From the human T2T-CHM13v2.0 reference genome, Homo sapiens, in assembly GCF_009914755.1 (NCBI RefSeq), contig NC_060931.1: a stretch of DNA of 64,000 bases, one strand, 5' to 3'. This document shows positions 1 to 13,343 of the stretch, piece by piece; position 1 is the first letter of the stretch, and each line of letters opens with the position of its first letter. A program made the position numbers and the translations under genes. A model generated the notes under the pieces. It saw nothing but the letters and a program-made list of their open reading frames with translations, did no database searches and had not been told where the DNA came from.

Positions 1-1839
1 TTTATAAAATGTTAGTGTTCGCTTTCCTTTTCTTTGGGGGGCAGGCAGTGGTTCTCGCTCCAACATACTGGCTTATCACAAGTTCAGTTTATAGAATTTT
101 TAAACTAACAAGTGTTATTTTCTTTTGAATAATATTCATTTGTAAGGAAAATAAATTCCCATGAAGTGATATTTTAATGAATTTTCAATAAAAATAAACT
201 TCAATCCAATTTCTAAGAGAATAATAGATTAGAAAGAAAGAGCACAAAGCCTATTTCATTCTGTGAACACCAAGAGAAACTTTCTAGGTCTAATATGTCT
301 TGTGTCTCATAGCTAGGTAAGATGAGGAAAATTAGATGGGGTCCCCCAAAAAAAGAGCAAATAGAAATTTGGAAAACTGACATGAGAGGAAAACCCGTGA
401 AAACAAATTTCTTAGACTAGAGATGAGTTAATTGAAGGAGGATTGTTAGAGGACAATTAGGTATATGGAATCAAGTGTACATTTGACTATGAGTAACAAT
501 TTAGAATCCGTGCATGAGACTAAATAGAGAAAAGGGAGGAAGTGAGGAAAGAAGGAAGGATAAAGGGAAGAAGAGAGTATGGATGAAAGATACAAAGGGA
601 ATTTAGTGATAGCCAAAAACTCCCTGACTCTAAAGATTGTTAGATATTAGTACAAAATCTAATTTACTGGGGATTATTTAGAAAAGTATAGTTAGCTCTC
701 TTTCTGAGCTAGTTTAAATGTACTTAAATAGAAGCCTTAGCTGGGAAGCCAACTTACTGAAGTTTCTTCTAGCTTAGTCATGCTCTATCATGTGCCCCAC
801 AAAAGTTATTTCAACTTCTGCATATTCTAGGCATGAAATTCAAAACCAGTTTTGCTGAGATTCACACTTCAGTATTACTGATATAAGAGGCCTGTGAGCA
901 CATATAAACCTTTGGATACTGATTTAAACTATACTCTAGGGCTTCTAGGGTTGTCTGCTACTTAATTAGACCTTCCACATAGGAAAATAACAATAAGCTG
1001 GTGTCCCGTCTCCAACAGATGCCTGAGCCAGATGCTCAGAGAAACACACACTCCATTTCCTATAATGTTGTCTATTGCTTATTTTTATAGTGTTAAAGAA
1101 GCCTGTCTGAGAATACTTTGAGAATTTACAATAAAAATGAATACAATATGAAGAGCAAAAGGACTAACCTCTATTTTAATATTTTTGTTGCATATGCTTT
1201 CTTATGAATAATCTTTTTCTATTATACTTTACTTTTCTCACATTTTAACTTCCACCTAGTTCTTTTGGCCATTCTTAATTGGATTTAATGTACAATGAAA
1301 AGGTACATTAAATCCCTGATTATCTACAATATACCAGAGAACTTATAATGCCTGAAATTCCAGGGGCAGACCTGAATCTGTCCACCTTAGGGAAGACTTT
1401 GATAAAATGTAATGTTGAGGGCACTGACACCTGATGTGTTAAAAAAAAAAAAAAAAAGAGAGAGAAAAGAGAAGAAAGAATACTCCTGCAAGAATGTGAA
1501 GATTTTGAAGAAAAAATAAGACTCATGATAAATTATATCCACTGTGTCATTTTCCTCAAGGCAGTCTCAGTAAAGCTTCCCAGGAGGTCATTAAAAAGAA
1601 TTCAAGAAGAAGAAGGAAGGACATCCAGCCAGACGGTAGTTTGTCCCATTTGTTTAGAATCACCACAAAAATGGTTATTAAAAAAATACCAATAATATCA
1701 CTAGTTGTTGTCTGATATTAACTCTGATGAAAGAGTACATCCAATAAAATTTTCCTAGAACTAGGTGAAAGTCTGCATTTGGTAGCATCTTGTACTTGCA
1801 GTGACATTCTTAGTAGATTCAGGAACAGAGTGAGGAATA

Positions 1840-2048
1840 GTAAAGAGAGTGATGACTTTGAAAGCAAATAATTTGATTTTTATCCGTTACTAGCTATGTT
1901 ACCAGTCTCTTTTCAGCTCTCTTATGTGACAGTCACATGGAGACTATAATAGCTAACAGAAAATCTTTGCTAAATCCAAGTGATAAAATTATGCCAAGAT
2001 ATAGCACCACGTTTACAGTATAATTGATCAGTATATATTAGTTTCTTC
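1840..2048 (+). mobile_element. MIR-like SINE remnant (very degenerate)
   Basis: Degenerate MIR core and 3' end (ttactagctatgttacc...ggagactataatagct...tatattagtttcttcc). Confidence 0.45.
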
Positions 2049-2477
2049 CCACCACCTCCAACCACCCCTCCAAGCTTTTCTCTCAAGGATTATTTTTTGT
2101 ATGGCCCATTCTCTGTAGCATATGTGCCCTTGTATATAGTGTACCACATATATCAGCTAATGACATTCCATCTTTGGATATTTAGGTAAAATTATCTCAA
2201 TTTTCTATCTTATGTTTTACATGAAATCCAATGTCCTCTCGAAAATTTCAGCAATTTCCAAAAAGCTTACACACATGGTTATGTCTAGATCCTAGTTTAG
2301 GCCCCAACTTCCCTTGCATCTTACCATCTGCTGCCATTATTTCTTTCTACTCTGTGCTGCTCCATATACCCAACAAATTGTTTTCCTAATTTCACAAAAA
2401 AAAAAACTATATAAGCCACAGAGATAAGCATAATACAGAGATTAAAAGACTTAAAATTGAATAAAAAGATACCACTA

Positions 2478-2917
2478 TGTGAGTCAATTTTGCATGTCAA
2501 CTTGATTGGATAAAGAAATGGATGGGCAGGTATCCAGTTAAACACTGTTTCCAGGTGTGTCTATGACAGTGTTTCTGGATGAGATTCTTATTTGAATCAC
2601 TGAACTCAGCAGATAGTTCTTCCCAAAGTGGGTTTCATCCAATCCATTGAGTATCTGGATAGAACCAAAGATGGATAGAACATCTCAACATCTCCTTAAC
2701 TCGGATATTTACATCATCAGTTCTGTTGATTCTCAGACCTTTCAGACTCAGATTGAATTATACTACTGACTTTCCTGGATCTCTAGCTTGCAGAGGGCAA
2801 ATCATGGGACTTAGCCTCCATAACTGTGTAAGCCAACTACTCATAATAAACTTCCTCCTGAAAATATATCTCTCTTTAAAACCCATTAGTTCTGTTTCTC
2901 TAGAGAACCCTAATACA
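2478..2917 (+). mobile_element. Solo ERVL LTR, MLT2 family (MLT2C/D-like)
   Basis: Starts TGTG...tgtcaacttgattgg; contains ggtgtgtctatgacagtgtttctggatgagatt; AATAAA near 2845; ends gttctgtttctctagagaaccctaataCA, the typical MLT2 terminus. Confidence 0.85.
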
Positions 2918-3727
2918 TACTGTTCCTACACTTCCTTTTGATTATCCAGAGTTGACGTTTCTTATTGGACATCCTTCTCCTCAAGATTCTGCCTCTAACC
3001 CCATTGCTCACCCTCTTTTTCCTATTCATCCGTCTTCAGTATTCTCCTTTGTTTTTCCCATCACTGAATTTATGTTCATTTCCTACTGTTCAGATATCTT
3101 TCCTGTATTTTTCCAATCTGGTCCTTTAGGAGCTTATCTTCCACCCTCTATTAACTTAGCAGAGCACATTCAGTTCTTCCTTCACTGAGAGGAACTTTGA
3201 CCCCAAACTACAAAAATTGTGTTTTTATGTCACTTAAAGAGTACTGAATATACATACTGAAATAAGTAGTATTTTTTTGTAAATATTACTGAAAACATTA
3301 AGGTGAAGTATCTTTTCCATAGGCTAGCAATATAAGGTACATTTCGCTTTCATTTTTTATTACTTTTTCTTTATTCTGTTGTTATTCTATAGCTGAATCA
3401 CTTTTAGCATTCATGGATTTATGTCTGATCCTTGAATTTTACTTTAACCTTTGACATTCTATCCTGAGTCTTTGTACAAGAATAAACTCTAACTTATGAT
3501 CAAAACTGGTCTTTCTACCACAGAACACTCAACACTAGAGACTTCTAGTGTTTTTCTAATGTAATTATACTGCAACTTTTATGAGGGCTGTTATTTTATT
3601 CACTGCTAAATTCCTGGAAGTACATATGTGTTTTATATTTGTGTGTTGTGTGTGTTCATGTGTGTGTGTACATACATGAGTGAATATTTGACTCAATTAT
3701 CTCATTATTCTTCCAATAATGATACAA

Positions 3728-4070
3728 TGTCCTGATTATCTATTACTGTGTCACAACGTCCACTCCAATAAATATAATGGTTTATACAAAAATTGTTTCT
3801 CATGATTTTGTGGGTTAATGCGGCTCAGTTGGACATTTCTTACTCGGATATCGGCAGTATGGCCTCTTCACTTATATATATGGCCCTTCGGTGTTCCCCC
3901 ATGTGATCTCTATCCCTAGAAGGTTCTTGGACTTCTGTTTTGGTAGTTCAGGGCTCTAAGATATTAAGAAAAAGCTACTTATTTCCTGAAAGATCTAGCA
4001 TCTTTCAGGATGGGGAACTACACCCCATTTCTCAATGGGATGAGCATCAAAAATGTGTTGCCATCTTTCA
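3728..4070 (-). mobile_element. MaLR LTR remnant, MLT1 family (old subfamily, internally deleted)
   Basis: ttatctattactgtgtcacaac...tttctcatgattttgtgggtt...ggctcagttggaca...tacaccccatttctcaatgggatgagcatcaaa matches reverse-oriented MLT1. Confidence 0.7.
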
Positions 4071-7000
4071 TTAACAGTATATGTATTGAGCCCTCACTAG
4101 GGATTAAGTTCTATACAAAAGAAAAAAATTTAAAAAGTCATCTCATTTAATGCTCACAATGATTCATTGAGATACGTACTACCATTGCTGTAGTCACACA
4201 GCCAGTGAGTTGTAGAGTGGGCTGTTTATTTTATGGTCTGATTGAATTTAATGCTCAAGTTCTTTATCACTATGACATATAAAGTCTGTTTAGCTCACCA
4301 AAAGATCCTTCTAGAAAAAGTTATCACCATCTATCTTCCACTGCATGGCCGGCACAGTTGATACATGCATATACTTTTGAAAAATCCACACAGTTGTTTT
4401 GCAAAGATAACATAAAATTGCAATTCAACCTGTTATGGTGCAATTTTTTTTTAGTCCATTGATAACTGAGTACATGGATCAACTAATAAGATTAAAACTT
4501 TCTATTTGGTTATGGCTGCTTTTGAGGGAGGGAAGACCACCTATATTTATTTGTCAGTTTTTTAAATTTTACAATATACATTGGCTTGATATTGGGTCAC
4601 AAGCTTAGGACAGAGCTCAGAACCAGCTGCTTGCTGAGGAGGGCATGTCAGGTAACTACTGAAAGTTGTTATTATTCCTTTACTGGCAAACATGACAATA
4701 CTCCTGACTTTTAACCTAATCTCTCCAGTCTTAAAGGTATGAAAGGTTATATTTGGTGCATGAACAGTATGCTAATAAAATATCATTGTTTCCTTTTTTC
4801 CATAAGAACTTTTCAGAGTAATCTAGATCATCCTGTATGTGGTAAAGAATAGGATTATTCATTTTTGGCAGGAAGTTTCTTGATATTAAAGCATTATTAA
4901 TTTTTCCTAATTGAAATAAATATTGTCAACTATTTTGTATTTTACCAGGAAAGCACGATTTAAAAAAGAAAAAAATTCCCACATCTGAAGAAGTGAATAA
5001 TTAAAATGGAGTAGAACAAAATTCACTTGGTAAAGCACCTTACAACTTATCGTTCATTGTTCAAAATTGTCCCTAAAATACAAGCAAAAACACTAAATAA
5101 TCTTAATGCAATTTTACAGACATTTATGTTTTTTAATCTTTGCTTTTTTGTTCAAAAACTAGTCTGACAAACTGATAGATTTCAAAATCTGTGAAACAAC
5201 TTGATATTCTGAATTTCACATTTTAGTGATTTTCTTTTTATAGTTTGTCACTGTGTTAGGAACCCAGTATGATTTGAATGTTATCATAGATCAGTCTTAA
5301 CTTTCAATCCCAACTGAATTTCCTTAAAAGGAAAGAATTTATTCATCTCTCATTATCAAGTCTCTACATTTCAAGTCCCTAGGTGTGTTTCAGTACATTG
5401 TGTTTTAGAAAAGCACATCTAGCATTTCACATTTCCTCAGTGACTGTGATAAAGGACTCAGTAATGGAGGAGACTCAAATGAGAAGGTCAACTTGGAGGT
5501 TAAAATTAAAAAGAAAATGTTCTTCTATGGCAATCAGCCTTTTCCTATTCTCCAATCCTCTTCAGGGGCTAAGAGAATGGAATGGGGCCCAGAATTACAA
5601 TAACGGTCCAGAGCATAGTCATATAAATAGGACATACAGACTGAAGCCTTGAGTTCATTTCCTGGCTTGCCCTTAAGTTGGTTAGGAGTGTGCGTGTGCA
5701 TGTGTTGGTGGGAAGGGGTTGGAGGAGGGTATGCTTGCATGCATTTACAATCTAAAATAAATGTTTCTAAGAAAGGAGATGCATGATGTCCTCTCGATAT
5801 TCTTTGAAATCTTAAAATCCATAATGTTGTGGGGTTTGTAAAAATTGTGTCAAATTTAGTTTAATATTATGTGAAAATTTTAAGATTAGACAAACCTTAG
5901 TATGATTTCAGAATAAAAGAAAACTTTCATTCTGGAGATTAAAATTAGCACTAAGAATAACTGCAAACTTGATAATGATCTTATTCAAAAGGAAGTTATA
6001 ATTTTCTATCCACACTTAGTAATAAAGGTAGTCTCTGAATAATAATGAGTACTTTCTAAAGACAACCTCTAAAATACGGTTTAAAAATTATGAGTTTGGG
6101 CTTCCTTTTGCCTCTAGTGACTTGACTATTTCAATTTCTAGGCTATGTCCAAGTCATGTTTGTATAATTCTGTATGTATTAATATGAAAAACAGTGACCA
6201 AAGTTGATAAACGTAGGACTTAGCAAAAACAAATTCCTGCAGTGAGGAAGAAATAGAAGAGGGGTAGGTACTTCTTAACTGAATAGTTTATTGAAATACC
6301 AAAAATAGATGAGAAGCAGTATTTGTTGAAATGCTGTCACTTTTATTGCAATAAAACACAAATCTCTTCTCCTGGAAACCTAAGGAAAAGTGTAATTTAG
6401 TAGAGAAAAAATTTTCAAAATGTTCTATTGATCTCTAAAAGATAATCAATTCATAATAACTCACTCAGGAACAATGAATGTCTACAATTCTAAGTTGAAT
6501 ATAGAGGAGAAAATGAGAGGACAGAAATGTAAATAATAAAAAGAAAGAGAAGACATTGTTAAATCATCGTCCTCCAATTAATTTTTACAGCAGAGGATTG
6601 TGTAGAACATTGTCAAACGCAAGGCCATGGCAGTCAGGATGAAATATATTTGCTTATGGCTTGGATTGGCTGGTGTATTATGTAAGAAATATTCTACAGT
6701 CATAGTTAGCTTATTTAATTTTGATTTTAAAGTACTCTTTCGTATTCGCAGTGTATTTAGTACATTAAAGTAATGAGATGATTCCTTAGAGAATATAATC
6801 ACATTTCTATTAAACTATATCCATTCTCATTAAGCACAATACAGTTAGGCTCCATCTCCAGTGTTAAGACAACAAAATAATATTTACACATTAACATTAA
6901 AGGATATTATGCTAAAGTTTCTAAATCCATAGTTTAGAAACCTTCAAATTGATTAGACTGTTTTTACTTTACATAGTCAGAAGTTCTCATACTCTAATTT

Positions 7001-9292
7001 TGTTCACTTCCAAGGCGATTAAAGTTTTTATATCCAAAAATCATCTAAATATTACTGACTAGTATTTGAATATGAAAAGTTAGCTAACGAATTTGAGCAG
7101 TAAACATAGCAAAACTGTTTCGGTCCTGGGAAAACAGCCCTGTCCTCTATTCAGTTTATCTCCTAGATGATTCCTGAATTCTCTACATAGAAATAACTTG
7201 GCATAGAAAGTCATTTTATGCTCCCATGGTCTTTATGGAGTCATAAGCTTTTATTTTTCCAAATTTAGATAATAGATGAGTTAAAATACAGGTAAGTAGT
7301 TCAGGCCACCTTTCAAGGTTCAGAAATGCTAAATACTTACTGTATCTTAAGTCTTTGAAATGTTCAGCTTCAAGCTAATATTTTTCATTAGCTTTATAAA
7401 ACCTTTGAACTCTTAACTGGCGATACATTAGATGATTTCAAAAATCTACTTTAAATTCTCTAACATCACACATTTTTTTCAATTATTTAACTGGGATAAT
7501 ATAAAATTTATTAAAGGATATTAACATATGGGAGGATAAATGATATGCTAAACAATTAGACTGTAATATTAAGAAGGAATATATTTGGAGTTTTCATAGA
7601 CAAATTGTCCAGGAATTTCTGAATCTTGATGATGAATATACATGAATAAGGCTTTAAAGTGTTTTGTGCCACTAAATAAATGCAGGGGATTTTACAGATG
7701 GAAGTCTGAGCTTAAAGAGTTTGGGCCCTCTGTTTTCTCTAGTGACTTGACTGTGAATGCGATCGTGACTGTGTAAAGGCCAGTAGATATACACTAACAA
7801 GACTTAGTTCTAATAAGAGTTCTTTAATAAGGAAGAGCTACTAATAAATCGTGCAGTGTGAGCAAGGAACAGTCATTTAAACCATGAGGAAAACTGAAAT
7901 GCAAATCCCAGGTGTACATAAATAAATAAATAATCTGGTTAATTTAGATTATAAAGCCAACTACCCAAAAGAGATTTTCTGATGGCAAAATTAAAGGGAG
8001 CTTTTATTTCGACACCTTTATAAGTGCTCAGCTTCCAACAGAATGTAGATGTCTAGGCTGATGACAAAAGCACAGGTAACCCTCTGTCAATTCATTCTCT
8101 TTACTGGAAATTAAATGAGGTATTTCTTTGCACTGAGGTGGGAAACAATTTTTTTTCAACAGGTTGTGTTAGTTGTTTTAATTGGACAATTCCAAAAGAA
8201 ACAGCTTTAAGAAATCATCAAGATATTTAGGTAACAAAGGGTATCCTCATCTGGCAATCAGAGAACTTTTGCTCTAGTAGAGAAGACATTATTACAGTCA
8301 GAATAGTCTGGGTAGTACAGCAGAGAACTTTCAGCTGCTTACTTAGCAGAACAGTGTTTATTTATTTTTATTTACTCAAATGACTAGCAAAACCATGATT
8401 AACAAAAGTAAGCTGTTATATAAAATAATGATATCCAGTACAACCAATATGGTACTAGACAGAAATAACTCAATAAATGAAAATTCTAGAAAGCAGCCAG
8501 TAGTACTGCCCACATTCACTGGCATTAAAATCTTTCTCAGTTAGGAATCACTTTTCTGAATTATATTATCCAAATGTTTAAAAAATACTGCTATGATGGT
8601 ATCATCCCCTAAGGTACATTTTACTATTGCTTTCATATTTTCCACACTTTCCTGCCTTTTATGGTTTGCTAAGTTTTACTAGCCCAAAACTTAATTCCTT
8701 TTGCACGTATAGTCTATGTTGTCAAGTTATTGTCACTATTAGAAAAATGTTCATATGAAGACTTGCTCATCCCACAGACAGAAATTAAGATCACACTTTC
8801 TAGGCTTAGAATTTCATCTATATGTTGAGAGGACAATATAAAAGGTTTTTGTAACCTATCATATGACCCAGCTATACAATCAGCAAGAGAAAACAGAAGC
8901 TATTATTATTTTCTTTGGTTTAAGAGAATTAAGTGGACCATGTGTATGTAAAATGATTACTGACACTTTGTTTCAGTGTATTAGTAAAAACTTGCATCAT
9001 TTCCAAAATTTATTTGGCAAAAAGTAAACCCCTCTGTGGAGGACAGTTAAGAGTCCCACTTAGATTTTAAAGTATCTATTGGAATCTTATAAACTAATTT
9101 TTACTTGTAAAATTGCTTTTTCAGTCTTTTAATTCTAAGAGAATCATACAATATTTTACATTGGTTGTATTCATTACAGCTAGCTAATGAAATCACAAAT
9201 CAGTAATTAAGTTTAATGAGTAAAATAAAATTTTTATGACAAAAATGTTTATAATTTAGATGTAAAAACCCAATCATTTAAAACCAATACTT

Positions 9293-9607
9293 GGCTGAGT
9301 GCAAGTCTATAATCCCAGCACTTGGAAAGGCCAAAGCAGGAGGATTGCTTGAGGCCAGGAGTTCAAAAACCAGCCTGACCAATATAGCGAGAACCCCATC
9401 TCTTAAAAAAAAAAAAAAAAAAATCAACCAGGTGTGGTGTTATGGACTTGTAGTCCCCACTACTCAGAGGCTAAAGTGGAAGGATTCCTTGAGCTCAGGA
9501 GTTTGAGACTTCAGTGTGCCATGGTAAAGCCACTGCACTCCAGCCTGAGCAACAGAGCAAGACCTTCTCTCAAAATTAATTAATTAATTAATTAAAAAAT
9601 AAATAAA
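9293..9607 (+). mobile_element. AluJ (Jo/Jr-like), full length
   Basis: Two arms, A-rich linker, ggaggattgcttgaggccaggagttc, (AATT)n/A tail; degenerate TSD aaaccaatact / aactcagtact. Confidence 0.92.
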
Positions 9608-10529
9608 CTCAGTACTCCACCAAAGTTAGTCCCTCCTAATAAATGTTTACAGTTTTAGAATTACCAAAGTCATTCAAACTACTAGAACAAACGTTTAATT
9701 TGCTTCTGTTAAGTAAATATACTTAGAAAAAAGTTTGATTTAATAATGATATTTAGGTCCAGAGTAAGTACTGATTTAACTTACATTTTACCATAACTTA
9801 TGTAGACACTAATATTCTTTCTTATCTAAACAATAGCTGTCTGATGACTACCAGAATGTGTCATTCACTTATCACACAGGCCTTTCCACCAAGTGCCATT
9901 GATATTGATGCTCTGTGATATCAACTATAATTTTAATTAAGTCTGAAACTAAAATGTTAGAAATTATTCAGCCAGAATTTGAGGTAACCTAATATCAGAT
10001 TTTTACTAATATTTTAGGAACATAAATTCAACCTTTGACTCACCCTTAAATTTATGGAGCATATTTATATAATATAGAGAAAGGTAAAATGTATCTCTAG
10101 TAACTACAAAGTTCTTTCCATAGAAATCTAAAAATCCTGTATCTACTGGTTCCGATCAAACAACAAATTCCTCTGGTACTGTGACTTCAGGCTCCGAAAG
10201 AAAACATCGTTCAAGGTCATGGAGGACTAAAAGGAAATTCAACAAGGAATATCTCTGAAAGTAGAAAAAGGAAAAATAAAGAAGCCAAAGTGGGCTTATA
10301 AGGACACAAATCTCAAAAATAAACCTATGGAAAATGCGTAGAGATGTAAATATCCAGGAATAGGTAAAAAAAAGGGTGAGAGCCCCTAAATATCTTCCAG
10401 GAAAGCTCATCTAAATCAGTCTCAGTGTTGGAATCAAGCCGACCTTTGGGTGACTCCAGGGTTTTCATTTCCTCTAAGGCTTCGGACCCAGAACTTCCAG
10501 AGTGACAAAGAAAAAAGTATAATTTCTCC

Positions 10530-10790
10530 TGAATAACAGCTCTTCAGTTATTGAAAGATAGAGCTATCAATCCTTCAGTGAGTCTTGTCATTTCTAACAC
10601 ACATCATTAGTTCTTTCCTAGCACTTCAAATGACAGAGTTCCTTGGTCATTCACTTGGTCCTTCACTATTATAGTCATTTTCCTTTCATTCTATGTCAAT
10701 TTTTTTTGCCTTTTTGTTTAATAGTATAAGGGTCCAAAATAAACTCAACACTACAGATTTTGATGAGAAGCACAGAACATGTTGGTGCCA
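10530..10790 (-). mobile_element. Possible L3/CR1 LINE fragment
   Basis: acagctcttcagttattgaaagata...gtccaaaataaactcaacactacag resembles reverse-oriented L3 sequence. Confidence 0.35.
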
Positions 10791-11659
10791 AGTTACTTGA
10801 GTGTAATTTTTTAATTACTGTATTTCAAATAATAACACTTTATATTTTCTGTGGGGTAAATCAAACTATTCAGTTGCCTTTAGGTCTCAGAGCACATTGA
10901 TTGCCTTAATTAGGTCTATAGTTGTTTTGTGTATATAGCATTTGTGTATTTAAATAATTGGCAAATTCTTTGAGGACTTTAACATATTCAATGTCCAAGG
11001 CATATTTAATGTACCCAATATGACATTTTCTAATAGGTGACCAAATGATCACTGAGAAATTTAAAGCTAAATTGAACACACACACATGCAAACTTGGCAT
11101 TAACTTAGTATATCACTCACTCCCTTCAATAAATATGTAACACGTGGGTAAGAAATCTTTTTCAATTCATATGTTCACTCTACTCCATGACTCCTTCAAA
11201 CTTTAGTAAAATACAGACAAAATCAAACATAATTTAGTAATAAGCATTTTACTATTGTCACAAAGAAAAATACCTCTTTACTCAGGATTTACACTGTTTC
11301 AAATGCATGCTGCTGACGTTTTTAACAAATATGACCCTTATGATTCAATTATTCATTTGCATTTTTAAATAACGGAAATGAACAAGATTTATCATCTATT
11401 CAAGGTCATCCAAATGACTATTGTGAATTGAAAAGAACAAAAGTGTCATATAGCTTGAAATAAAAATCGTGGCTCTGAATTCAGGACCAGGATTATAATA
11501 TTGGAATTTTTTGCTTTAGTTCTGATGTTGATTTACATTATATAAAGAAATTAAAAGCAAGCTAAGAACTTTCCAAAAAAAGTTCTAGTTAAAAATAATT
11601 TTGCTTAAATTATCTGAGATTATAGTAGCTACATAAATACATAAGAAAAATTACAAGTT

Positions 11660-12700
11660 TTGGAAGCATGAAGTCTTGTAGTTGAACCTCACTTTCATTG
11701 TTACTAGCCATATGACCTGTGGCAGGTTACTTTACTCCCTATCAGAATGCTACTGACATCCTTGAGCGTAAATGTTATCTTTAGGAAGATTAAGATAAGA
11801 ACTTCGTCAGCTTTTGTTTTAAAGTTTTAATCTTTTCACTGTCTGGGTGGTCTTACTGACTTTCCTTATTTCAATTTCCACCTCAAAGTTGATGACTTCT
11901 AATCAGTATCTTCTACAAAGTGTTTCCCCTTAAATCCCATAAATCTATATCTAACTGCTTCTTTGAGACTTCTATTTTTCTGTGCACAGGCAATTCAAAT
12001 TCAGCATTCCCAGTCTGAACTCATAATATATTTCCTTTAATCTGCCTCTCTTCCTGGATCCTACTTAGGTGTATCATTGACTCACTTGATCGATTATAAT
12101 ACCTCTTATTTGGCATCCCCACAGCAATTTTTGTTCTCTACTTTATTGCAAAAGTAATTGTTCTTGGTAATTTAATTTTGTCATTCTTTTGTTTAAACAC
12201 TTAAGTGAATCCTCATAACTTACAATTTAAAATTCAAATTCCATACTATCATCCAGGACTTCCATGCAGTAAACCTTATCTCTCTCTTCAGTTTCAGCCC
12301 TCATTATCCATGGACTCACTTTTTGATCACACTAAATTGTAGTTCTCCAAATGCATCACTATATTTCCAACTACTCTGCCTTTCTTCATGCTTCTCTATT
12401 CATTTGGACTTTCCCTTCTTCTCCAACTAATTAACATCATCTCTTAAGACAGTTCAAGTGTGATCTCCTGAAGAAGTAAAATTAAACAAAATCTTCTCTA
12501 ATTCCTTTCCTCCCCTCCTCTGATTTATATGGAATAAAAGCTCACTAAAAATCATATTGCTGCATTTCCAGTTTATTTTTTAGTTATCTTTGCATGTGTC
12601 TACAGTCTCTTATTTTTCTCTGGGTCTTATCAGTTGACTCCTAATGGTATAAGAAACACTCAGTGTAGATCTCAAGGACAAAAGAATGAACAAATGACAT
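11660..12700 (+). mobile_element. MIR fragment (~11660-11800) followed by L2 fragments (~11860-12700)
   Basis: MIR core ttactagccatatgacctgtggcaggttacttt; pyrimidine-rich L2 body ending ...gaatgaacaaatga. Confidence 0.65.
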
Positions 12701-13046
12701 CTGAGTTACCCCTTAAAAATAAGCAACATACTGACTTGTGCAAATGGCAGAAAGATTGTGTCAGGCAGTGGGATAGCATGAGCAGAGGCATAAGGAAGAA
12801 ATCGGAGAACACATACAAATCAGTGTAAAGCTGGTCAAAAATGAAGATAGTTTAGACAACATGGTGCAATGGCTACTACTGATCTGGCCTTATTCTTTTT
12901 GAGTACTTGAAATTATCAGGAGAGTCTATCCAATCCAGGTAGTTCCTCTTTACTTTGGTGCTTTATATAAATAATACACGGATTTTTTGAAAATGACTGA
13001 ATTCATTTCATATGATAAGTACTATATAAAGTAAACAAAAATACAT

Positions 13047-13343
13047 GGCCAGGCATGGTGGCTGATGCCTGTAATCCTAGCATTTTGGGAAACCAAAGCA
13101 GGCAGATTGCTTGAGTCCATGAGTTTGAGACCAGCCTGAGCAACATGGTGAAACCCTATTTCTACAAAAAATACAAAAATCAGCCGATGTGGTGGCATGT
13201 GCCTGCAGTTCCAGGTACTCAGGAGGCTGAAGTGGGAGGATCAATTAAGCCCAGGGGCTCAAGGCTGCTGTGAGGCATGATCAGGCCACTGCACTCCAAC
13301 CTAGGCAACACAGCGAGACCCTGTCTCAAAAATAAAAAATAAA
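13047..13343 (+). mobile_element. AluJb, full length
   Basis: ggccaggcatggtggct...gcagattgcttgagtcc...aggctgctgtgaggcatgatc...gagaccctgtctc plus A tail; aaataca on both flanks. Confidence 0.93.
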
